Assembly: GCA_000934665.2 (NCBI GenBank)
Contig: KZ538832.1
Span: 1 to 45,432 of the forward strand
Length of the DNA: 45,432 bases
Direction: 5' to 3'
From: Catajapyx aquilonaris
Lineage: Eukaryota
Positions 35,516 to 45,432 of this stretch are shown here, piece by piece. Position numbers and translations under genes: made by a program. The notes under the pieces are model-generated. The model saw only the letters and a program-made list of their open reading frames with translations, searched no databases and was not told the origin of the DNA. Numbering within the stretch: the first letter of the stretch is position 1; each line of letters starts with the position of its first letter.

Positions 35516-38500
35516 AAGTCACGGCAAAGGACTTGTCACATGCTCTCAGTTATTAGCTCTTGGTTGTACCAATAACTCATTATTGGTGAAATTGTCAGAT
35601 GGAACCCTGTTGTTCTCACCCCACGATATATCTTGCTCTTTAACCATTCTCCTATTCCTACCGGGTATTTATAGCGCTTATGTAAACATCAAGTAACTCA
35701 ATGAATTTTAGTATGGTCAAATTTGTGCGTAACTGTCATCACGCGACTTTGCAATGGGTATCGTATTTAAGATAGACAATGACAAGTTCAAAACCTGAAA
35801 TGTAACTAGATACGAATAGCCAGTTTCATGAAAGCAGGATTATACAGTGTCTGATTATGTACTTGCACTTGGTATGCACACCCTGTATTACGTTTTTAGG
35901 CTAAAAGCAACCTATGCTTTACTTGAAGTTAGTAGGAATGGAGTGCATTGTTACAATCGGCTCAAATGCGACTAGGTCATGACTGTTGGTTGAGGTTCAG
36001 AAGCCACCACATGTGAACAACAGGGTAGGCTGGGCGAAGGTCCCAATTGGAAGCTGTATCTACCGTAATTTGAGCAGGAGTCAGAGGAATAATTAGTAGG
36101 CAACATGAGGCGCATTCTGGCTGGGATCTGTAGCCTGAAGGGGTCGCTGCACGCACACCTACCAAAGCTCTACACCGTATAAGCGACTATCCCCACAGGA
36201 GCAGTACGTGGGTCTGCCACTACCAGAAAACTCCAGTATAACTACTCCTTTCTCGCCCAGATAATTAGCGCCGAAGGATGAATGCAACTGGATGCAGACA
36301 AATGCCTCCCTGGCCTCTTCTTGCCTGTGACGCAGCTTCGCATGACGGACTGATGAAGCTGTATTTCTCTCTATTCATCAGTTTGAAAGCTTCTTGTTCC
36401 GGGCCTAATCTTATTTACGGGGCTGTGAGCCGACTCTTCCTCAGGGGACGGAGGAAGCCTTTTCATTCGGGTTACAATGGGGGCCGATGCTTATGTGGGG
36501 TGCATGGGACCGTAAGAGATGCTCTTTTTTCCTGACTCATAAATGCCTCGCGTAACTCGGGACTATAAGGACCATAGCTGCCACATTCTGCTTCAACGTC
36601 AGCTGCAGTAACAGCATTCGTGCATTGTGGAGGTTTTCGAGGTTTAATCCGGATCCGTGCTGGACACTGTGCCTCATCATGCGCAATGCAATCAACGATA
36701 GTGAAACACTATGGAGAATATCATATATAGGAACTAGGCCGCTAACAGTCGCCAACCAGCTGGCCCCTACCGGACTGACCTGGACAAAATCTGGCTAGCC
36801 ATCAGAATGGGGGCCTTTCGCCTTAGTTGTTGGTAGGAAACAGCTGGCAAACCAGTATACAGTACAAACCCAGTATCAGGTGTTTCATTGAAACTATGGT
36901 TATAATATAAGACATTTTGTCAACTACAACAATTTGAAATCGAGAGAATATGCAATGTGTAGCATTAGCATGTGGGTACAAGAATTTGTCGTATGTTGGA
37001 ACAACGTTTTACATTTGTTGAGTTTATATAATTATGGTACAGGATAAGTATAGTTGTTCTTTAGTATGGTTGACAAAACTCTGGAACCAATCCTAGTAGA
37101 ATCTTTCAATATTGAACAACATGCACAGCAGAACTACGGAATTGCGAGTTTTCCTCTACAGCCTTCTACAAAAAATAGTATGACTCAATCTGATGTCTGA
37201 TGATATCCCATTTGTGATATTCCCACATTCTATAGGCAGAAACAAAAATCGACGAATTAAAAAAAAACTCTTGTGTGCAACTCACGTGTGTTAAAGGCAG
37301 TTCTACAAGTACGCGTCTGCCAATTGCGATAGCTTATTGTACTGGACGCTTTGGTAAACCAGAATTTTATACAGGCTAATTGCTGTGTGATGAAATCATT
37401 TCAACAGCACATGTGCATTGTAATAGAGAAACCTTCTTTTGCATGCGTTTATAATGGGACATGTCGGGCTTTGTACTACAACTGAGGAGATGGAGGGTTT
37501 TAGAATGATTTATTTTGATGCCGTGTCTGGATTTGTCGGATATTGGCAGGAAAGCGGTACTTTCAATGCCTGTTTTAAGCCACTTGCGATCGGGTTTTTG
37601 CAATTCCAAATAGATGTGATTGTGGCTTGTGGTGTAAAGAACCCATTGCAAGGGTAACCTTAAAATTTTTAAAAAGATATTTGTCGCGTTTTGTCATTAG
37701 GAGCCTCGTATGGTGTACTGAATAGTTGCAGTGTGCTAATGAGAGAGTCTAATCTACGAGTATAGTAGTAGTAGGGTTTTGAGCCAGACTGCCAATATGG
37801 AAGTCCTAGGTTCGAAACTCGATGCCGATCATCCAGAGCAGGGAATTTTGTGTGGTTTTTCCTATTCCTTAACTGTGACAGTCTCAGACGGCTTCCTTTT
37901 GAAAACGGCCACAATAACTACCTTCCTTACACTTACCCCCATTTTCTGTCACGTAATGAAACCACACGAAAATGAACCAACCTCCTGTACAAGGAATGAT
38001 AATGAGAATTATTGTTTTTGTTATTTGTTATAGTTGTTGCTATTGTTGTTTTAGCCGAGATTACACTTGTCCGTTATTGACTAAAATGTTTGTCAATTGG
38101 TTCAGGTGGGTTAGTGTGTGTTTAATTACTTATCGTAGCAAAAACTATTCTCACATCGCAGTATTGAAGGCATACGTACACTGAGGATGAGTTAATAATA
38201 TTAGGCGCGATGACCTGTCAGGAAGATGGTAGGCCTGAAGTGTTTGCTTTGAGTTGTGGCGGAGCTGAAAGCTCTCCAGGGAAGTGTTGGCTTGTTCATT
38301 AGGCGAATAGACAGCGTGATATTCGCCATTCATTTGTGTCCGCCTAGAGTCGAGTGACTTACATACATCCGTGCTCTCTGAAGTGTTGAGTGGCACAAAA
38401 TGTCCGTCAACTTCAAGCTGGTTTTTAAAACTCGCACCATACGAGCCGGTCTGGATGACACGCGATGGTAATTTTGAAACGACTTATATCCATTTTCCAG

Positions 38501-38758
38501 ATTTTTATGCTACCTTATTTTCATTAAGCAAATAAATTGCCCTAGTATGTATTTCATAGTGTATGGCAATATTTATTCACTTCTTTGATTAATGCGAATT
38601 ACACTATGCAACACTATATTTGTCCATGGAAATTCATCGTCATATTCGTGTTCCTTAGGTCACAAGTAACTCATAATGAGCATTCATTTTGTCTTTGATT
38701 TGTTTTTGACCTCTGGGCAGTTAAAAACTAAAATCCTCAAATAGAGGAGGTTTTTCCC

Positions 38759-39625
38759 GGACCGTAGGCCTAACCGCACACAGCCCAAGCGCACCTGAGA
38801 AATAAAACACCTGGCCCAAGCGCACCAGCGCAAGCACACCCCGTAACGATCGCACCAGCCCTAATCGCACTCAGCCCAGGAGCATATGGGAACAAAGACA
38901 CCCGGTCTTAGCCGCACTCGGCCCAAGTACACCCAGCCTAAACGCACCCAGGCTAAGCGTCACTCGGTAACAAACGCGACCGGACTTTGCCGCACCCAGC
39001 CCAAACGCACCTGCCCCAAGATCCCCCAGCCCAAATTCTCCCAGCCCAGCCGCACTTCGGCCCAGCCGCACCGAAGCTTTGCTTAGTATGCTTAGTATGC
39101 TTAGTACGATGTACTAACCCAACCTAACCAAACCTAACCTTCACTCGTTGCGGATACAGCCCTATCCTCAGCGTATACAGCCCTATCTTCAGCGGATACA
39201 GGCCTATCCTCAGCGTATACAGCCCTATCTTCAGCGGATACAGGCCTATCGTCAGCGGATACAGCCCTATCTTCACGTAAGAAAAGACGACGAAATCGCT
39301 GGGATTGCCGGGTGAAGCAAAGCTCCTATGCGGCCGGGCCGAAGTGCGGCTAGGCTGGGAGACTTTGGGCTGGGGGACCTTGGAGCAGATGCTCCTGGGC
39401 TGGGTGCGGCAAAGTCCGAGTGCGATTAGGCCGGGTGAAGCAAAGCTCATATGCGGCCGGGCCGAAGTGCGGCTAGGCTGGGGGACTTTGGGCTGGGGGA
39501 CATTGGGACAGGTGCACTTGGGCTGAATGCGGTAGGGGCCGAGTGCATTCATTCCAGGGTGCGTTTGGGCCGGGGGAGTTTCGTCCCAGGTGCACTTAGG
39601 CTGGGTGCGTTTAAGCATCCCGACC
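38759..39625. mobile_element. MULE/Foldback-type non-autonomous element with tandemly repetitive TIRs
   Basis: Perfect 9-bp TSD GTTTTTCCC (38750-38758, 39626-39634); GG...CC ends; arms built of ~15-bp aaRcgcacccagccc units; central AACCT run. Confidence 0.85.
39150..39275. repeat. 21-bp minisatellite x6 (gcgKatacagScctatcBtca)
   Basis: Six units with an alternating 42-bp pattern; preceded by (gcttagtat)x3 at 39081-39107. Confidence 0.95.
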
Positions 39626-40253
39626 GTTTTTCCCAATCAAGCAGGCCTAAATGTTGCTAGAACATCTCGGGTTTTTCGGAAAATAATCACAGCTGTACAC
39701 ACCTATGCCGTAACACTGCATATGAAGTTTCAGCCAAATTACGAAATACAGTGGGGAGGGAAAAAATCGCAAAATTCTGAAAATGGGGCCTTTTTTGGAT
39801 AATTTTTTTCGGATAGTGGAAGTGCTCCAAACCCAATCAACATATACATCATATGAAAGATAAACGCGAGTAGAATGCGCCAATCGAATTTGTTTTTCTG
39901 TAAAATGAACTCAGAAAAACACCTGTGACATTTCATCAGTCACATGTCCAAGAATTTGGCTTCATTAAAATTAATAGAAATTCGGCAAACATATCTATTA
40001 TTTTCTCACGAGCCATGCATGACCCAGGATTGAAACTGAACATAATTATTGAATTTTGTATGGGTAGCAACTCCTGTCACCAAATATGGCTGCTCTTATG
40101 CGCAAATACATCACTAATTGTTGGGGTCTAAACACTTGGACATGTTACTGAGCAGGTGACGGATGGAATGCCATACATGTTTTTCTGAGTGCATTTTCGA
40201 GAAAATCAAATTCCATAGGCACATTCTACTCGCGTTTCTCTTTCATTTGATGT

Positions 40254-40589
40254 TTATTGTTTATTTGTTTACTGTACCCCATTATCGGGACCAGGGCCCT
40301 TGTTAGGGGAGTGGGATACCACCATGTTTGGAACCTACATAATGTGTATGTTTTAATTGTTCCAAGAGTAAGTAGGAGGGGATATGCAAAGTGCAAGTGC
40401 AATGTCGTATATTGGTCATTTTGTGAACTCCCCCGGGTGGATTAGTCTAGCGGAAATTTCCTCCCGAGACGAAGCCAGAGACGACCTAAACTCAGCACGA
40501 GATGAAGGGGGGAACCCCGGGCTGGGATCGAACCCGGGACCTTAACATCCGTGGGCGCGTGCGTTACCGCAGCAGCACTCCGCCTCCCC
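40254..40589 (-). mobile_element. tRNA-derived SINE family C (copy C2, B-type 3' end)
   Basis: 16-bp TSD ct(c/a)tttcatttgatgt (40238-40253, 40590-40605); B box GGTTCGATCCC. Confidence 0.9.
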
Positions 40590-40786
40590 CTATTTCATTT
40601 GATGTATAATATGTTGATTGGGTTCTGATCACTTCCAATAACCGAAAAAATTATCCAATAAAGGCCCCATTTTTAAAATTTCGCGATTTTTTCACTCCCC
40701 ACGGTATTTCGCAATTTGGCTGAAACTTGATATGAAGTGTTACGGCATAGGTGTGTCCTGCTGTGATTATTTTCAAAAAAAATCCT

Positions 40787-41125
40787 GGGGAAACGAAGTG
40801 GCGCTGCGGTAACGTACCGTAGGTTCCCAGTCTTCCCACGGATGTTAAGGTCCCGGGATCAAATCCCGCTCGGGGTTACCCCCTTCATCTCGTGCAGAGT
40901 TAAGCGGTCGTCTCTGGCTTCGTCTCGGGTGGAATCTCCAACAGACTAATCCATCCGGGGGAGTTCACAAAATGTACCACGTTCAGACATTGCACATTCC
41001 CTACCAGTCACCCTGCCCGTGCGCCCGGGCGCTTCGCTCAAGGTTTCAAATGTACATCCGACTATTTTAATGACCGTGCGTTTAGGTCCGTGCGAAACAC
41101 TTGAAGGGTGACCGCACTATCCACG

Positions 41126-41197
<72 letters not shown>
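40787..41197 (+). mobile_element. tRNA-derived SINE family C (copy C3, distinct 3' end with an (ATT)24 tail)
   Basis: TSD AAAAATCCT (40778-40786, 41198-41206); C-type head and core; (ATT)n at 41126-41197. Confidence 0.9.
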
Positions 41198-41199
<2 letters not shown>

Positions 41200-43808
41200 A
41201 AATCCTAGATGGTTTAGCAACATTTAGGCCCGCTTGAATGGGAAAAACTGCTATATTTGAGAATTTTGGTTTTTTGCCTGCCCAGAGGTCAAAAACAAAT
41301 AAAACACAAAATGAATGCCCATCATGAGTTACTTGTGACCTAAGGAACACGAATATGACGATGAATTTCCATGGACAAAAATTTATTTTGTTGCATAGTG
41401 TTATCTAAGCGAGGCTGCTGAAGTCAAATGACACCTTACATACAGCGATCATCTAGTGCTTAGGTTTTCACTTTGGAAATGCCTGAATCATGATGAACCA
41501 CCTTGTGTAGGTGTTCACACTGCCGGTGACAATACGTCACATCAGATAGACTTTACCGGTGTATTAAAACAATAGATATCCAATACTGTACAGTGTATGC
41601 GAGTTTCAAAAACAATTGCAAAATAATGAAATTACATGTTGTGCAGTAAAGAGAATATATTATTGCTGTAGGAGGTAATAACATGAGTGACATTCATTGC
41701 AGATTGCATAGAGGCGTCAATGACACACGCATAATTTTTTTCTTGGTTTATAGAAACGGTCTGACAAGTGAGTAAATGGTGCATAACATAACAAACTATT
41801 GTAGTAGCTTTCCAGTCAACGGCTAAGGACAGGCGGAATTCAGAGATTTCCATCGTTTGCCACCGTTATTGTGAAGATTTGGTGAATTGGGCTCAATTCA
41901 TATTTCTCACAAATATAGGCCAAATACATTCAGTATCTGTTATTCCTACTAAACCCGGGCTAGCGCAACCGTCCCCAAGAGCACAACTAATTGCATCCAT
42001 TGGCAAGTACAGTATATCCTGAAAGTTATGCTTTACCAAGTAAAACTCATCTTATCCTGACACTCCAGGGCAATCCATTCGCCTCTCTTACCATGCTGGT
42101 TATCGCCATTCCAGGATGAATAAGGTTTTGTCTCTGACTGTGAGAATGAGCAGGTCAGTAGTCTAATAAGCCATTCCGCCACAAAAGTATGGTCAGGGGT
42201 CAGGGGTCAGATGGTAGAAATTGGGAGTAGGTTGGACAAGGATGTTGCCTTCCTTCACCCTTGGAGGACCAGATTCTACCGCAGAAACTGTTCCCATAAG
42301 CAATGAATACTAACCGGAATGAGCAGTGGCGCTTCGGTTCTGGCTAACGGAAATTGCATTTGGCAATATGGGGACGACCTGATGATGATTCCGACCGGGA
42401 TCTTTCAAGCCCCCAGAATGCTCTCATACGGTACTGTACCAAGCGGAGATACGTCGAGTAACTTTGGCGACCGCAGGAGATGATGAGTAATGTGCTGGTG
42501 ACTGGCAATGCTTTTGTACTTTTGCTTCGCATTTCAGAGGTAACAGTTTGCTTTTACGCAAGTTGCGTATCAATTTAGCTGCATGACACCATTCAAATAA
42601 GAAAAATATTCAGAACTCTCACGGAGTATACGAGGCATTTGACTTCAGCGTCAATTTTATGAAATTGCAAATTTGAATAATTCAAATTTGCAAAATATTG
42701 TGTAAATGCGAATTATTTAAATTTTCAAAATATTCCGACACATTGAATTATAATATTCTCACATTTCGATCGTTTCTTCTTTCTTCTCGTATGGCTTATA
42801 CCGACTTTCCGACGTGGAACACGAAGACGTTTTGTGTCATCCGCTTGTTGACTGAAGTGACGCGTCATGAGTAGGCCTACATGGCATTTCACATTACTCT
42901 TAGCAGGTGCCCGCCCCTGGACCTACACTGGACAGCTTTCAGAACTCCTCGCATTCGCCTGACGACAAACCGACACAATGTATAGTTAAACAGCACATAC
43001 AGTAAATTATGCCTCAAGGAAAATTTGCATAATATTATTTTCCTTTATAATAATATCAGTCCTGTAGGAATGATTTCGTAATTTTAAATAATGATAAGCA
43101 GTCATTTTGCTTCAGATTGGGAATTACGTTCAGTTATTTTACGTTTCCTTATTTTCCTTAGACGGCAATAATAATCTTACAGTCCGTAAGCATACTGCAA
43201 ATGGAAGAAGAAATGCTATACAGTAGTGTAATAAAGGTTTAATAATTTCAAAATTGCAGCCTGAACACTACGGGTATAAATACTTGTTAAGGATATTGCA
43301 TATTTTCGGGACACCAGCGATGGATTGAGGAAAATGTATGATGTGTAACAATGCATTGTGTTGATAGGTCGTGAAGTCAACGAGTATGGGGAAGCCGGAG
43401 AGCCGATTCGGAGGCAGACACCCACAATACCTAATTCATTACCTACACCTGCTTTACGTTCGCCGCATTGTGTCACTATCATAACGCGTCTTGTCAGCTA
43501 CTGAGCTTCCGAAATCTTCACTTGCCACATTGTCAATTGGGATGTAAAATATAGCCATTCAGATGTTCATTTGGAGAGGTATTTTAGATAAATAATGCTG
43601 TAGAAAGACAAAGATTTGAGCATCTATTTTTCTAAAGTTTTATACTTGAAATCTACGTAAAAATCGAAACATCCAAGAAAGATAGGAAATAGAAATTCGG
43701 AAATGACTTTGATCCACATTTAAACGGCTTGTCTAGCTCCAAAAGACAGGCCTAAGCTTCTATAGAAAAGGCGATAGCATTATACAGTATTATTCCTCCA
43801 TGTAAGTT

Positions 43809-44160
43809 TTTATTATTTATTATTATTTTTTGTACCCCGTGATGACCCTTACGGGTTATATAGGGGGTGGTACACCACCATTTTTCTATCAATGTTCTGA
43901 TTTTATCTTCACTCCGGTGCAGGGAAACAAGGACATTGGGTAAGGATATGGATTTTTGGGGAGGGAACATGGGGTGCAAGTGCAAGGTCTGTAAAGGGGT
44001 CATGTGCTGTTCCCCAGGAGATTAGGTTGCCAGACACCTCCTTGGTGCAGGTCAGAGACCCTCCTGACGCAGGGGAAAGGGAACTCCCAGGCGGGGATCG
44101 AACCTGGGGCCTTTCACTCAGCAAGCCGAGACGTTGCCATCTCGGCCACCACACCTCCCC
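43809..44160 (-). mobile_element. tRNA-derived SINE family B
   Basis: 14-bp TSD cctcc(a/c)tgtaagtt (43795-43808, 44161-44174); head nearly identical to the 34631 copy. Confidence 0.92.
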
Positions 44161-45238
44161 CCTCCCTGTAAGTTAACAACACTAGCTTCCTGGCCAAATA
44201 GTTACGAACATACATTAGTGATCAAATGATATCATGGTGGCCTGCTTGGCGTGATATTCCTCATGCGTGATGATCGCAGCAGCGGTGTATTTTTCCTGCC
44301 ATTTTTATTTTTTAATGAAAAATATGCAGGTCTGTAAAGCCTAGCTTATTGTTACAGTTCAGCAGGTGCATACAAGAGTGAATCTTTATTACTTGGCATA
44401 ATGCCATTATATGGGTATTAACAACGGCTTCTTTCTGCCTGGCTTGCTCGTCTGCTATACACAACCTGCTGCAAAGCTTTGCCTACAGTTCTATTTATTG
44501 AACTGTGCACTTTTCTTTCTTTCTATACAGCTATGTTATACTGTACAAGTTTTACCGCAGCAAGTTTTCCACAGAAAAAATAGGACGTATTCTGCTTTCC
44601 CAAATAATGGTGGTAGTTTACGTAAAAACGGTATTTCCGCAAACATCAAATCCTTTCAAAAATATTCAACGTGCACACACCAGTAGAGCCTCAATCCTCT
44701 CTTCCGAGGTGCAATATAGAGAACAGTACTAAAGCACAGCAAATGTACTTTACCTGAGAGGTATAGGATCGAGAGGCTTGCTCTTCAGTGACGAGGCATC
44801 TCGCAGCGAGGTAGGAATTAGGCAGAAGGATTCGCGTGTGCATTATGTGTTACATACTTAATGGCAGCGTTTCTGCAGATATGAGCCGGCATCTGGAGCT
44901 GAAGTGGGACGGGACTTAAGTGTCATGCTGGTGGGGGAAGAGCCGGGAGAGCGCGCAATTTGGACGACTGCAGGCTCTTTGCCGAGATTGCCCGCAAGGA
45001 GGGTTAATTAGAGTCAGGACGGAGTTTGGGACACTTTGGACTGATGGCGCCGTGCCTGCTAAGTCACACGCTGCCACGTTATACGATTTAGGAAAGAGGC
45101 GCCTCATATTTGCCCCTAAACTAACCCCCTGATACTAACTGAACACTCATGCAGTGTCTGAATTTTTAATTTTACGTCTAGACGTGTGCGTCAAAAAATT
45201 TGCAAAAACCCATGCACATTCAGCAGCTTATTGTCAGA

Positions 45239-45432
45239 ACCAGCCCCCGGACCAGCCCCCGGACACTATCTCTACGTTCTTATCTTATCACCTGCCGGGG
45301 CGTTTTGCAGGAGGTGCTCACCTGAGAGCGCCATGAGACCTTTCACTGCACTGTTATGTGGCGACCCTGCCGGACTACGCTGAACTTTATAGGTACAAAA
45401 GGGAAGCGCTACATTGGGGGACCCAACATGGT
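45239..45432. mobile_element. Second copy of the 22539-22892 palindromic MITE (truncated by the window end)
   Basis: tcttatcttatcacctgccggggcgttttgcaggaggtgctcacctgagagcgccatgagacc... matches the reverse complement of 22710-22892. Confidence 0.85.

Larger units (their letters stand above)
38602..41400. mobile_element. Fold-back DNA transposon, CMC superfamily (Chapaev3-like), about 1.15 kb once three nested insertions are removed
   Basis: TTA|CACTATGCAAC...GTTGCATAGTG|TTA; arms of about 470 bp (38602-38758 + 39635-~39950 versus ~40138-41400 minus SINEs); CAC ends with a 3-bp TWA TSD. Confidence 0.8.

Noticed and set aside
35845..35885. 41-bp TA-flanked CAGTGT...CACCCTG collapsed mariner remnant
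   Set aside because: Only a 7/9 terminal match; could be chance.
38602..38608. Transib/RAG RSS-like end (CACTATG)
   Set aside because: No 5-bp TSD and no clear nonamer; the 3-bp TTA TSD fits Chapaev3 better.
39081..39275. CRISPR-like regular repeats
   Set aside because: Head-to-tail minisatellite with no unique spacers, in a eukaryotic context with no cas genes.
39124..39636. 170-aa ORF and overlapping repetitive ORFs
   Set aside because: By-products of tandem repeats inside a non-autonomous transposon.
43179..43192. 14-nt microexon candidate on minus (ttgcag|TATGCTTACGGACT|gtaaga)
   Set aside because: Splice-like signals only, with no coding similarity.

Overview
Eukaryotic, probably invertebrate (arthropod-like) genomic DNA; nothing here looks prokaryotic. 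One host gene is well supported: the 3' 11 coding exons (625 aa + stop, minus strand, 33524->11747) of a TMTC1-like protein O-mannosyltransferase (DUF1736 + TM + TPR). All junctions are GT-AG and phase-compatible. The 5' exons appear to lie beyond the window. The rest is dense mobile DNA: (1) three tRNA-derived SINE head types that swap cores and tails and mostly share a covarying 3' stem-loop, also seen alone as 47- and 69-bp TSD-flanked insertions; (2) many palindromic/fold-back DNA elements (Tc1/mariner, PIF/Harbinger, hAT, MULE, Chapaev3-like); (3) two fold-backs built from transposon coding sequence; (4) a MULE derivative with a spliced FLYWCH mini-ORF; (5) a nest of one host element carrying three younger insertions at 38.6-41.4 kb; (6) degraded LINE/Tc1 relics. 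Family assignments rest on motif, TIR and TSD recognition by eye, with no database searches. Most ORFs in the supplied track are spurious.
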